DNA of 64,000 bases from Alphaproteobacteria bacterium (GTDB lineage: Bacteria > Pseudomonadota > Alphaproteobacteria > MPNO01). Below are positions 20,149-30,676 of the stretch, one piece after another. The translations under genes were made by a program, and so were the position numbers. The DNA lies in NCBI GenBank assembly GCA_965248835.1, contig CBDFLJ010000002.1, forward strand, positions 736,001 through 800,000, read 5' to 3'. How positions within the stretch are numbered: the stretch's first letter is position 1; every line of letters starts with the position of its first letter. The notes under the pieces were generated by a model. The model ran no database searches, was not told where the DNA came from, and worked only from the letters and a program-made list of their open reading frames with translations.

Positions 20149-21453
20149 TCAGCCGACCCGCACCGAGATGCGGTGCATGGAGTTGTTCAAGTAGCCCTTC
20201 GGGTTCCAGGCGATGGCGAAGGGTTGACTGACTCCCCGGCTATCGATGGCCCGCGCCCAGACCTCGTAATACCCCTTCTCGGGGAATGCGAGGCTGGCCG
20301 ACCAGCGCTGCCATGCATAGGGGTTGTGAGGCGCCTTCAGCGCCGCCTGCTGCCAGGTGGCGCCGAAATCGATCGAGACGTCGACCCGCGCCACCGCGTG
20401 ATCGCCCGCCCAGGCATGGCCCGCCACGGCGAGCGAGCGGCCGGAAATGGTCTGTCCGGTCCCGGGCGTGGTGATCAGCGACTTTACCGGCATCGCGTGG
20501 ATGATCCCCATGGCGCTCTTGGGCACCTTCTCGCCCGGGGCCACCGGGTATTCGGGCACCCGATACGCTGTTCCGGTCATCTTGGGACCGTCATGCTCGA
20601 CATCGCGAAGCCAGATCCGCTTGAGCCATTTTTGCGAGCACGATCCCGGCCAGCCGGGAACGACCAGCCGCAACGGGGCGCCGTTCATGGCGTGCAGCGG
20701 CCCGCCGTTCATGCCGAAGGCGATCAGATTGTGCGGATTCATCGCCTTGTCGATGGGCACGCCGCGCGATATCGGCAACTTTCCTTCCTTGCCCGACAAA
20801 TGGGTATCGGCGCCGACATGGGCCGTGTAGACGACGTTCTCCTTGATCCCGGCCGCCTTGAGCACGTCGGCGAGGCGGACGCCGGTCCATTCGGCGCAGG
20901 CGACGGCGCCCAGACTCCACTGGTTGCCGCGGGCGGGCGGATCGAAGAAGGCCCGCCCATTGCCGCCGCACTCGATCAGCCGGCGTTCGGTGACGACCTG
21001 GAACCTCTTCTTGAGGTCGTCGATCCCCAGCGTCATCGGGCTGTTGACGAGACCGTCGATCCGCAGCGTCCAGCCCGCCGCATCCATGGTCTCCGGGACA
21101 ATGCCGTTATTGCGGATGAAATGCCGCGACGTCGGCGTCACCTCGTCATCGAGCAGATGAGCCGGCGTCTCCGCATTCACCGGCCGATCGTTCAATATCG
21201 TCAGCCCCTCCTTGCCGGCGATTTTCATCTGGTTGGCGGCGAGCGCCTCGGGGATGAAGCCGGCGGGCATGTTGCGGTGAAACGGTATTGCAGCACCGAT
21301 CAACGCCCCCATGCTCGCCAGACCCGCACCTCTGAGAAATCCGCGTCGATCCGCGTGGGACTCACGTCCAAAGACGAGCCGGTCCGCCCTTTCGGGATCC
21401 GATGCATAGAGCTCGAACAGATCGGCTTGCTTGCCTTGATCCGCTCTTGTCAT
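20149..21453 (-). CDS. Sulfite oxidase family molybdoenzyme (SorT/SorA-like), Tat-exported
   Basis: RRGFL Tat motif, FIRNNG, ECGGNGR, GAPLRLVVPGWPG..SQKWL, WNPKGY. Confidence 0.9.
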   Translation of the reverse strand: MTRADQGKQADLFELYASDPERADRLVFGRESHADRRGFLRGAGLASMGALIGAAIPFHRNMPAGFIPEALAANQMKIAGKEGLTILNDRPVNAETPAHLLDDEVTPTSRHFIRNNGIVPETMDAAGWTLRIDGLVNSPMTLGIDDLKKRFQVVTERRLIECGGNGRAFFDPPARGNQWSLGAVACAEWTGVRLADVLKAAGIKENVVYTAHVGADTHLSGKEGKLPISRGVPIDKAMNPHNLIAFGMNGGPLHAMNGAPLRLVVPGWPGSCSQKWLKRIWLRDVEHDGPKMTGTAYRVPEYPVAPGEKVPKSAMGIIHAMPVKSLITTPGTGQTISGRSLAVAGHAWAGDHAVARVDVSIDFGATWQQAALKAPHNPYAWQRWSASLAFPEKGYYEVWARAIDSRGVSQPFAIAWNPKGYLNNSMHRISVRVG

Positions 21454-21777
21454 GGTCTTTCCTCCCGAGTTGTGACTCCGCCGCTTGCGGCAGCCGGAAG
21501 GATGATAGGACGGTTAATTCGCCGGCCGCAACGGCAACAATTGCCCTGAACCGACATTTTCCCGATGACCTCGGCGCCGATCTTGACCGGCTTTTCCCGC
21601 AGCGCGGTCGGAGAACCGCGCAAAGAGCAGCGAGAGAACGCAGAGCAAGCCGAGGCCCCCGACGACCGACTGCCGGATCTCCGGAGCGGTCATGGTTGAC
21701 CCCGTCGCCGTGATGGTATTGTCCCGGTCATGTCGGCTCCCTCGAATGACGGCCCGCTCCCTCGGGGCCCGGACAAA

Positions 21778-22572
21778 ATGGCAATTTCCGCGTTCCACGA
21801 ATTCCACATGCCGGCGTTGGCAAACCACGAAGCACGCCACAATGTGATCATCAACATCGTGAGCCGGGCAAACACCATGCAAGACCAGGGTGTTCTGACT
21901 TGGACACTCGGCGGCCCCGGCTGTTGTGCTGCCCAGGCTCCAGGCTGGCCTATCGTATTGGGCGACTTGAACCGGTCCCAGTGTCGGAAATTGGCCGAAA
22001 TCGTGACGGCAATGGATTTTTCTGGCGTCGTTGGCCCCGATTCGACGGCGAAGTGGTTTGTCGAACGAGCGGTCGAATTGGGTCTTTCGTTCAAGGACCC
22101 GATCCCGCAACGTATCTATGCTCTTAGCGAGCCGCCAACACATCCGGCGGTCCCCGGACGGGCCAGACAGGTCACCGCCGAAGATGCCGATCTGTTCGCC
22201 GATTGGCTGACCGCGTTCCATCATGAGGCCGTGCCCGACGATCCGGTGCCGGCAAGAGAGCTGATGAAAAATCGGGCGGTCGAGGGACGGCACTTGTTCT
22301 GGGTGGTGAATGGAGAGCCCGTCTCCATGGCCGGGATAGAACGGCGCCTGCGCAAAGCCGCCGCGATTTCCGCCGTCTACACGCCCCCGTCCCGGCGCAA
22401 CCGCGGCTATGCCGGCGCCGTAACGGCGGCACTGGTGGACCGTGTGCACGCCGAGGGAAAGAAAACGGCCTGTCTATATACCGATTTGAGAAACCCGTTC
22501 GCGAACCGCTGCTACACGAAAATAGGGTTCAAGCCGGTGTGCGAGTCCTGGAGCTTTGCACGGCAAGGATGA
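21778..22572 (+). CDS. GNAT family acetyltransferase
   Basis: VYTPPSRRNRGYAG and LYTDLRNP..NRCYTKIGF; start placed at 21778 because the upstream in-frame codons belong to another broken gene. Confidence 0.85.
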   Translation: MAISAFHEFHMPALANHEARHNVIINIVSRANTMQDQGVLTWTLGGPGCCAAQAPGWPIVLGDLNRSQCRKLAEIVTAMDFSGVVGPDSTAKWFVERAVELGLSFKDPIPQRIYALSEPPTHPAVPGRARQVTAEDADLFADWLTAFHHEAVPDDPVPARELMKNRAVEGRHLFWVVNGEPVSMAGIERRLRKAAAISAVYTPPSRRNRGYAGAVTAALVDRVHAEGKKTACLYTDLRNPFANRCYTKIGFKPVCESWSFARQG

Positions 22573-22934
22573 GGGGCACAGCGATTATTCGCATCACAAC
22601 GGACGGCCGGGCGGGCGCAAATCTACGATCGGACGCATTGCCGCGCATCCTTCGGGCGCGATGCGGCGGCCGACGCCAATCGGCGCACCCGGCAAGACAG
22701 GACACGGCGCACGCGCCCCGATCCGATGGCAGCGCGCGCCCGGCTGCGGCGCTGTGCGTGTGTGCGATCGCGATCCGGGGTTGCCGCTGACGGCGGTGTG
22801 CGACCCGTGCGGACGGCGAAGACGCTACCGGGTCGGAACGCTGATATAGACCTGCGGTCCCCGCGCGGGCCCACGTTGTTTGACCGTCCGCGGCCGACTA
22901 TACCGGTGGCCGCGGGCGGTCTTCGGAGCTAGGG

Positions 22935-23250
22935 CGCGCTCACGCGCAACCGACAACGGCGGCTCGGTCGAGGCGATGATCGAGCCGAACGCGGCAGTGG
23001 AGGAAGCGCGGCGAGCGGTGGCGGCATGACCACATGGCTGGGCGACGGCACACTCGCGATGCCGGAATGGCTCGCCCGCGAGAACGGTTCGGTCTGATGC
23101 CGCCTCTGTGCCCGTGGTGCCGCGAGCCCTTCCAGAGGGCCAAGCGCGGCGCCCGCCTCAAGCGGTTCTGCGCGGCGGTTCGACCAATGCCGCGCCGGTG
23201 GCGGCTGCGGGGCATGATCAGGCGGTCGATGAGGGTGCTGTGGTGAAGCC
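22935..23250 (+). pseudogene. Decayed phage J-domain C-terminus plus Zn-finger gene (copy 1)
   Basis: NGGS.EAMIEPNAAVEEARRA* then MPPLCPWCREPF...KRFC; near-identical to 26130-26345. Confidence 0.6.
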
Positions 23251-23304
23251 GCGCGATGGGTCCGGAAGCTTCCGGCACAAGCGCGGCGAACGCTGCCGCC
23301 CAGG

Positions 23305-23358
23305 TCGCGCAGGCTCATAGCCTGAAGGTCGTTGGTTGGAATCCAACCCCGGGATCCA
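23305..23358 (+). other. Degenerate 3' part of tRNA-Met(CAT); att remnant
   Basis: CAGG-CTCATAG-CCTG anticodon arm, GTTGG-TTGGAAT-CCAAC T-arm, ..CCA; IHF-consensus TATCAATGACTTA at 23373-23385. Confidence 0.65.
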
Positions 23359-23576
23359 AAGAAATTCCGTTATATCAATGACTTAAAGGAAATTTTCTTA
23401 TCCGATCATCGTGAGCGATCTGGGGCGTGGACCCATGAGGGAGCGCAGTCGTGCGCGTGTCCGAGAGGTCGTGCGGGCGCGGCAGGCCGCGTTTGGTCGT
23501 TGGGCAGTGAACCACCTGGGCTCAGGGCACAAGGAAAAGTCTTGTGAGGTGGACGGTAATACCGTACACATGTCGT

Positions 23577-23867
23577 ATGATCGTTCGCTCTGTCCGTCAC
23601 CGGGGATTGCGCCGCCTAGTTGAGGACGACAACCCCAGGTTTCTGCGGCAGGACCTCGTTGACCGGGTGCGCAAGATATTGACAGTACTCATCCTGGCCG
23701 AGCACATCGACGAGTTTGTTGCCGACGCGCCGCCTGGCTGGCGCGTGCACCGGCTCTCCGGTGACCGGCAGAACGACTGGAGCGTTTCGGTCTCCGGCAA
23801 TTGGCGGGTCACATTTGAAGAGGAGGACGGCTACATCGACCGTTTGAACTTGGAGGATTACCACTGA
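23577..23867 (+). CDS. higB: HigB (RelE-like) toxin
   Basis: IVRSVRHRGLRRL...HRLSGDR..WSVSVSGNWRVTF...LEDYH. Confidence 0.9.
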   Translation: MIVRSVRHRGLRRLVEDDNPRFLRQDLVDRVRKILTVLILAEHIDEFVADAPPGWRVHRLSGDRQNDWSVSVSGNWRVTFEEEDGYIDRLNLEDYH

Positions 23868-24172
23868 TGGCTACCAACGGCATCAAAGTGAACATGACCC
23901 CTTCGCATCCGGGCGCTTTCATCCGCACGGAGGTTATTGGGGCGTTGGGACTGAACGTAACGAGGGCGGCCCAGATTCTCGGGGTCCGCCGGGCCACGCT
24001 TTCGGCCCTGCTGAACGGCAATGCGGCGCTGTCGGCGGAGATGGCCCTACGCATCGAGAAGGCCTTCGACGTCAGCATGGACATGCTGCTTCGGATGCAG
24101 GCCTGGTACGACGCCTCCCGGATGCGGGCACGCGCAAGCGAAATCGCTGTTCAGCGCTACGAGCCTGCCTGA
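23867..24172 (+). CDS. higA: HigA antitoxin (HTH)
   Basis: PSHPGAFIR...LSAEMALRIEKAF...LRMQ..YD. Confidence 0.9.
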   Translation: MATNGIKVNMTPSHPGAFIRTEVIGALGLNVTRAAQILGVRRATLSALLNGNAALSAEMALRIEKAFDVSMDMLLRMQAWYDASRMRARASEIAVQRYEPA

Positions 24173-24191
24173 CTAAGGTGAAGTGACGGCT

Positions 24192-24471
24192 ATGCAGAAT
24201 CCTCCGCATCCGGCGGCATCGTGAGGCGACAATACCTCGAACCGCCGGGCCTGTCCGTGACCCGGCCGCCGCAGGCCTCGGCGTGACCCGTCAAGCTTTG
24301 TCAGAGCCGGTCAACGAGCGTGGCGGCCTCTCCGTCGAGATGTCGATCCGCCTGTCCAAAGCATTCGGGTCGACGCCGGAGACCTGGCTCGGCATGCAGA
24401 TGGCCCATGATCTTTGGCAGGCGCGTACCCGCGTCGACGAGATCAAGGTCGACAAGTTCCAAGCCGCCTGA
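24192..24471 (+). pseudogene. Frameshifted second HigA antitoxin
   Basis: MQNPPHP start and ...SVEMSIRLSKAFGSTPETWLGMQMAHDL end lie in different frames. Confidence 0.75.
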
Positions 24472-24723
24472 TTTTGAACGTAGCGGTCGATGAACCCGGT
24501 TCGACTGGAAAAGGTCAGGCACGACCGCGAGGACAAGGGCGCGGTCTATATCCGCCGCAAGGTCGTGGGCCGCAAGACGGCGGGCGTCGCGAAGGTCAAG
24601 CGAGCATGACGGCGGGCGAATTCACGGCCGGCGATTGGGGTCGACCGCCTCGCGCCGGCGCTTCCCAAGCTGGCCGAAGCGCAGGAGCCCTGGCTGCAAG
24701 AGCATTACAGGCAGACTCATCGC

Positions 24724-25800
24724 GTGCTTGCCCCGGATGCCGGGCAGAACAGCAACCCGCCGGTATTTCCTCTGGGCGATGTGCAGACCCTGTATACCAG
24801 GGCGTGCTACGCCAAGGGTTCCAGTGAAGAGAAGCAATATGCGATGCTGCTCGCGGTGCTGGACCCCGTGCGGGGCATTCTGTGTTCGCATCCCACGCTG
24901 GCGCGGGTCGTGGGGCGGATCATCGGCAGAGACGCTTTCTGGATGCAGATCTTCGGCAGCGGCCGTTCGACGTCCCTGACGGACCTGGTTGCGGGACTGA
25001 TGGCGCGTGCCGATGAGCTGCCCGGCGAGCGCTTCCGGGCGGCGGCGAGCGAACTGAACGCGTTTCTTGCCCCGGCCGGGGACGGAGAGTCGTCCGGCGT
25101 ACTCGGCGACCTGGAAGTCGGATGCGACGCGGTGCTCTTTTGGGGGCTGACCCTGAAGGAAAGGATCGACATCGCAGACGGCATGGCGATCATCCCATTC
25201 GGGCAGGTGCGAGCGTATGTGGACGAGCGCTTGGTGAAAAAACTCGCCCCGCGGGGGGCCGGTTTCCAGGGCTGGCGGTCGGTCGGGGCAGCGGTGAGAC
25301 CGTTCCGATGGCGGCCTGCGTTCCGCCGGACGGGTTACCAAGGAGGGCCGGAACCGGAGCGGCCGGGACCGTTCTTCCGGGACGCGCGAATTTTCTTGGA
25401 GCTGCTTGCGGTAGCCCACGCGGCGCCCGTGCTGCGTCTTGCGGAATTGAGCAACTGCATCGACCGGTCCGCCGGCAGGCTCCTGGGCCGGGAGCGCCAT
25501 GGCCCCGGGTTCTACCGGAGCTGGCCGGCACACGGGTTCGACGGGTTCGAGATATCGCCGGCGCTTGCAGCGGAGGCGCTCGCGGAAGCGAAGGAAGCGT
25601 TCGTCAACCGCAAGAGTGATCGGTACGGGAGAATGGCGCCGATCGTCGGGCGGCTTGCCGAAGCACTTGCACGCGACGGGCAATACGCGGCGGAGGACAA
25701 GGTTCTGGATGTGGCGATTGCCCTGGAGAGGATGTTCAGACCAGAGGACAGGGGAATCAGCACCCAACTCCAAAAGAGCGTAGCTGACTTACTGGGGGGC
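24724..25800 (+). pseudogene. Possible ApeA-like HEPN-associated protein, C-terminally truncated
   Basis: Long ORF with DKVLDVAIALERMF; the sequence turns to unrelated low-complexity residues before any RxxxxH. Confidence 0.45.
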
Positions 25801-25994
25801 GTCGATGATGCCTTCGAGCCCGCCGCCAGGCTGCGAAGCGTCGCGATGAGGAGCGTGATCGCCGCCCGGGGCGTGCCTTCCGGAGCTGCGGGGCGGCAGC
25901 CTGTCACCGGGCCGGCGACGAAGGCCCGCGCGCCAACGTCATATCCGGGGCCTTGACGCCCCGGCCTCATTGGAGCCGGCGGGGCCTGCCGGCT

Positions 25995-26345
25995 TTCGCT
26001 TAGGCCGTTCGGCACCCGACCCCGAGACCGGCGCCGGTCGCATCGGCGAGCACGGCGTCCTTGTCATCGACAAGCCGCGCGACGTGATCGAGGGCGCCTG
26101 TCGTAGCAAGGCCCGTACGCGGCACCCCGCCAACGGCGGCTCGGGCGAGGCGATGATCGAGCCGAACGCGGCAGTGGAGGAAGCGCGGCGAGCGGCGGCG
26201 GCATGACCACATGGCTGGGCGACGGCACACTCGCGATGCCGGAATGGCTCGCCCGCGGGAACGGTCCGGTCTGATGCCGCCTCTGTGCCCGTGGTGCCGC
26301 GAGCCCTTCGAGACGGCGCGGCGCCCGCCTCAAGCGGTTCTGCGC
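25995..26345 (+). pseudogene. Decayed phage J-domain plus Zn-finger gene (copy 2)
   Basis: VIEGACRSKARTRHPANGGSGEAMIEPNAAVEEARRA; MPPLCPWCREPF. Confidence 0.6.
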
Positions 26346-26517
26346 GGCCGGGTGCAAGGACAAGGGGGACGCGGCCGTCCGGATATTGGATGACACGGCC
26401 GCCATTGCCGAACACTCTCGGATTGCCCGCCGCGCGATTTCGAGTCACGCTCAACCGTGTCGGAGGGACCCATATGGTGCATCCCGGTCAAGCGGCCCGA
26501 ATATTTTGACGACGGAC

Positions 26518-26700
26518 ATGCCGAAGGCCGGCGCCGACCCGAACGTCTCGAACAATGACGGCAACACGCCGCTGCATCTCGCGATCCGGCACGGCATCGC
26601 CGAGCTGGTCCGGGCTCTGCGCGCGGGCAGCACGGACCCGGATCTCAAGGACCGGCAGAGCAGTGCTCGGTTGCATCTCGCGGCCCGGCGCCGCAGCGCC
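26518..26700 (+). pseudogene. Ankyrin repeat fragment
   Basis: AGADPNVSNNDGNTPLHLAIRHGIAELVRAL; lacks a credible full ORF. Confidence 0.65.
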
Positions 26701-26859
26701 AGGATCGTATCGTGGACGGTCAGGAAACAACCCTCGGCAAGTACGACGGCTGCACCATCCCGCCGGGCGAAGTCCGCAAGATCGAAAACCGCCGCAACGA
26801 TGTCCGCACGATGCCTGTCGTCGCTTGTCGTCATCCCTTGCCCGCCGGAGACGTGAGAT

Positions 26860-27657
26860 ATGAACGCTTTGGCAAATCACCTGTCGATATTCGACGTCAA
26901 GGACAGGGTGGCGCTGATCACCGGTGCGTCCGGCGCTTTGGGCATGGTTGCGGCGCGCGTGCTGGCCGGCGCCGGCTGCAAGCTCGCGCTCGCGTCCGGA
27001 AACCGCTCGGCGCTCGATCAGATAACCGAGGCGTGCCGCGGCATGGGCGTCGACGTTACGGCGATCAACACCCGCCCGAGCGATGAGGAGACCTGTAACG
27101 GCCTTGTGGCCCAGGCAGTGGACGCCTTCGGCCGGCTCGACATCCTCGTCGTCGCCTCGGGCATGAACAAGGTGGCGCTTATCAACGACATGGCGCCCGA
27201 GACGTTCCGGTCGATCATGGACGCCAATGTCACACAGGCCTGGCTGCTGGCGCGCGCCGCCGCCGGGCAGATGAAGGCGCAGGGAGAGGGCGGCAAGATT
27301 GTCCTGGTGTCTTCGGCGCGCGGCCTTCTGGGCCACCCGGCGGGTTACACCGCCTACTGCGCCTCCAAGGCCGCGACCGACGGAATCACGAAAGCGCTTG
27401 GCTGCGAATTGGGGCCGACAGGCATAACGGTAAACGCCATCGCGCCGACCGTGTTCCGTTCTTCCCTGACGGCATGGATGTTCGAGGATACCGACGAAGC
27501 CAAGAGGGTCCGCGAAGGCATCCTGACCCGAGTGCCGAAAGGGCGCTTGGGCGAACCGGAAGATCTTGCCGGTCCGTTGCTGTTTCTCACCTCGAGGGCC
27601 TCCGATTTTTACACCGGCCACATCCTCTACGCCGACGGCGGATATACGGCGGGCTGA
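26860..27657 (+). CDS. SDR family oxidoreductase
   Basis: TGASGALG, YCASK, VNAIAP and ADGG motifs. Confidence 0.92.
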   Translation: MNALANHLSIFDVKDRVALITGASGALGMVAARVLAGAGCKLALASGNRSALDQITEACRGMGVDVTAINTRPSDEETCNGLVAQAVDAFGRLDILVVASGMNKVALINDMAPETFRSIMDANVTQAWLLARAAAGQMKAQGEGGKIVLVSSARGLLGHPAGYTAYCASKAATDGITKALGCELGPTGITVNAIAPTVFRSSLTAWMFEDTDEAKRVREGILTRVPKGRLGEPEDLAGPLLFLTSRASDFYTGHILYADGGYTAG

Positions 27658-27818
27658 GGAGCTTATCGGCGATCCGATCGAGCGGGCGGGCGGGCGGGAT
27701 GTGGCCGGTGCCGCCTTGTACCGTATGAACGATCGCCTGCGCGCGAACGCCAGGACGGACCCCTATGCGCTCAAAGCCTGGTGCTGGCAGGTGCTGGCGA
27801 CGGCGAACCAGAAGCGGC
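27648..27818 (+). repeat. ~170-bp internal copy of the HigA-ImmA gene (31144-31312)
   Basis: GAGGAGCTTATCGGCGAT...AACCAGAAGCGGC occurs at both positions. Confidence 0.9.
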
Positions 27819-28159
27819 ATTGGGCACCACCTCGATCCGCTTGACCACGAGGCCGTTCCCGTCCCATAGCACGAACATCTCGCCGGTCGCGGGCACCCGA
27901 CGGGCAACATCGACCATGAGCCGGTCGCCTCTCCCACTTCGGGCTCCATCAAACCCCCTCGCACCCTGAGAATGCGCAAGTTATCCGGGCTCGAATCACC
28001 CTCGTAGCAGACCATCCCTTCGGGCAGATACCAGCGAGCCTTCCCGATCGCGAGCTCCTCGTTGAGTGCGCCGAACCCGGCAGAGGCCTCGACCTCCATC
28101 TCGGGGCAAGCTCATCCTGTCCAAGAAGGATCGGATTGTCGGCGTGCATGGCTAAAGGT

Positions 28160-29086
28160 CTACGCTGATCTGGTTTCTTCAAGAACGGCTTCGAGTGCTT
28201 TTACCAGTGCAGTTCGCTTGATGGGGCTGAGAATATCGAGATTGCGCTGCCTCCACTGGACCGCGGGCAAGGCATCCACACCCTCGATCCCCAAGAGCGA
28301 CCAGTCGGGCGTACCCTGCTCGAATGCGACAAGAAACTTTCGATGATTGTCCGGCATGTCCGTTACCATCACATCCTTCATGACAACACGCGTTTCGAGC
28401 AATTCACCGAGCGCCACATCGACCTCGGTCATACCGGAGAATCCGCGGGCGAACTCGACGGCAATGTCCTTGGGGCGCAGAGACAGAACCTCAGCCACCG
28501 GTCTACGATGGCTCAGGAGATAAACGATAAAGGCGCGCCGCAGCGCTTCATCGACGCCTTCACGGGCGAAGAGAACACGTATATCGAAGAGATCACGCGG
28601 ATGCTGCCGGTCGAATGCGGCGACCAACTTTCCACCGAACAGGTCAGCAAACGACACGACTTTGATTTCTGCAAATCCGAACATGGCTTCAACAGGCGGT
28701 GAAACGCCCATGAGCGAAGGCTCATAGACGGTACCACGCAGCACAGGCGTGACCTCGATCTTGATCTGAACGCCGCGCACGCGCACGGTAAGCCTGTAGA
28801 CCGCTCCTTCCGGCAAACGACTTTCATTAACGCGCGCGCCGGGGAACGCATCGCCAATCGCCCCGCCGATGCGTGTCATTGCCGCACTGATGGCCGCAAG
28901 GGACTCATCGCGTGGTGCTACCGGCAGGAAAGCGAGATCGATATCGACCGACAGGCGCGGCATTTCGCGATGAAAGAGATTGATGGCTGTGCCGCCCTTG
29001 AGGGCAAACGCCTCTTCTGTGGCGACATAGGGAAGCACGCGCACCAGCAGGGCGACCTGAGCGCGATATTGGTCACGAAACGGCAT
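28160..29086 (-). CDS. AbiEii nucleotidyltransferase toxin (type IV TA)
   Basis: ALKGGTAINLF..RLSVDID, GKLVAAFDRQHPRDLFD. Confidence 0.92.
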   Translation of the reverse strand: MPFRDQYRAQVALLVRVLPYVATEEAFALKGGTAINLFHREMPRLSVDIDLAFLPVAPRDESLAAISAAMTRIGGAIGDAFPGARVNESRLPEGAVYRLTVRVRGVQIKIEVTPVLRGTVYEPSLMGVSPPVEAMFGFAEIKVVSFADLFGGKLVAAFDRQHPRDLFDIRVLFAREGVDEALRRAFIVYLLSHRRPVAEVLSLRPKDIAVEFARGFSGMTEVDVALGELLETRVVMKDVMVTDMPDNHRKFLVAFEQGTPDWSLLGIEGVDALPAVQWRQRNLDILSPIKRTALVKALEAVLEETRSA

Positions 29087-29909
29087 CCAGATCCTTCGGG
29101 ACGGTGATCTGATAGACCGGATCGAACCGGCCGCCGCGTACCAGCATGCGCTTGCCCTTGCCGAGATCGATCGCATCACGGTCGATCCGCTTCAGCCAGG
29201 CATGGGCACTGCGATCGGCGAAGAAGAAGAACAGACGCTTGATCTTGACGTTCGTGCAGCGCTTCAGCAACGCTTGAAGACGGCCCGGGCGCAGGTTGAC
29301 AAGCCCCTCCATGAGCTTGTCTACCTGGTGAAAGCTCTCACGAGCCGGCAGCTCGTCCAGCAGCTCCAGCAGCGCCCGCTCCGGGACCGAGAGCGCGAGC
29401 GGCCACCGCCACTGGCCCCATGGCCTGTTGAGGACATCTTCGGCTTCCGTGGCAAACGAGCCCTCATTGTCTTGCTCTTCAAGACGAGCGAGGCCACGGT
29501 CTACCGGATCATCGAGAAACACCCTGCCGGTGCGATGCACCACGAATTCGTTTTCGAGCGGCAGCTTGTTGAGCCAGCTGGGCAGGTCAGTCCCGTAGAG
29601 ATGAGTCTCTCGGGCGTGCTGCGGCAGGTAATGCCCGTATCCTTCGAGCTCCAGGGCGCTGCGCCCGCCCACCACGACAGGCACTTGCAAGAGCGTCTGA
29701 AGCGAGATGACGACCTGTTCCCAGCTAAGCGTGCCCCGCGGCCGTCGATAGACCCTGTAGGCCGGCTGCTCCAGCCAGCCGAGATCAACGTATTTCTTGC
29801 GCAGCGAGCGGTAATAGCCCCGCGCTTCCAGCCAAGCCGCATCAACCAGCAGACCTTCGGGCAGCTCGCGGCCTAGCTGGTTTAGCTTTCCTGCATTCCG
29901 TTCATTCAT
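29073..29909 (-). CDS. AbiEi antitoxin / transcriptional regulator
   Basis: KLNQL..LPEGLLVDAAWL, PERALLELL, KIKRLF, DLGKGKR. Confidence 0.9.
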   Translation of the reverse strand: MNERNAGKLNQLGRELPEGLLVDAAWLEARGYYRSLRKKYVDLGWLEQPAYRVYRRPRGTLSWEQVVISLQTLLQVPVVVGGRSALELEGYGHYLPQHARETHLYGTDLPSWLNKLPLENEFVVHRTGRVFLDDPVDRGLARLEEQDNEGSFATEAEDVLNRPWGQWRWPLALSVPERALLELLDELPARESFHQVDKLMEGLVNLRPGRLQALLKRCTNVKIKRLFFFFADRSAHAWLKRIDRDAIDLGKGKRMLVRGGRFDPVYQITVPKDLDAVS

Positions 29910-29986
29910 GGTGTACAAAATAGCAATTTTGTGAACTGTCGTCCAGTTTAGAAAATCTGCTTTCCGTACACTCTGGGTGTACAAAA
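29910..29986 (-). promoter_or_regulatory. Putative AbiEi operator repeats
   Basis: GGTGTACAAAA at 29910 and 29976; inverted repeat ACAAAAT-N4-ATTTTGT at 29915-29932. Confidence 0.55.
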
Positions 29987-30229
29987 GCACCCATTAAAAA
30001 ACCAACACGGCGCTTCGCATAGCGACGATCACTATTTCAGAATGCCCATGACCACCATGATGACGATGATCATGATCGGCACGACCGGCATGCCCATCAA
30101 CATGGCCATCAGGCCGGCCATGCCCAGCGGGGCCACCTTTCGCGGTGTATGCGCCGATCAGGATGTCGGTATCAAGAACGACCAGCGCGGGAGGCGTCGA
30201 CCTCTTCCTCGATCAGATCGAGGATGCCG

Positions 30230-30379
30230 CCCCTGACCCTGCTCGCGCGCGACATCGCGCAGGCGATCCTCGAAGGACTGCGACCCAAGGGGCTCAAATT
30301 GGCCACGCTGCTCCGTGGGATTCCGTTCGTCTGGGAGGAGCGGCGGCGGGCATTCGGATTTTGCCCGGACTCGCGTTGA
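30230..30379 (+). pseudogene. C-terminal fragment of a recombinase-associated protein
   Basis: LTLLARDIAQAILEGLRPKGLKLATLLRGIPFVWEE resembles the LAPDIVEAILxGRQP tail. Confidence 0.5.
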
Positions 30380-30514
30380 TCGGAAACGGCTGCCCGGTGC
30401 GGCGCCATGACGACCCTCCCCTGATTTCCTTTCAAGAGCGCCCCCTTGCCTTGTTGCCTGACAGCGGTTTGACCGCGCCGGCGAGCCTGTCCGGCGGGCG
30501 GCAAGACCGCTTGA

Positions 30515-30675
30515 CCCGCAGCGCCAGCATCGTTGGCGACAACCGGGTGGTCTTCAACATCAAGGGCAACAACTATCGGCTGGTGGCGAGGATCAACGAC
30601 CCGGGACGAATCGTGTATGTGCGGTTCGTAGGCACACATACCGAGTATGACGCCGTGGACGTGAAGGAGGTGTGA
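30515..30675 (+). pseudogene. 5'-truncated HigB toxin (E. coli HigB type)
   Basis: SASIVGDNRVVFNIKGNNYRLV...RFVGTHTEYD; the N-terminal half is missing. Confidence 0.75.
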
Positions 30676-30676
30676 G

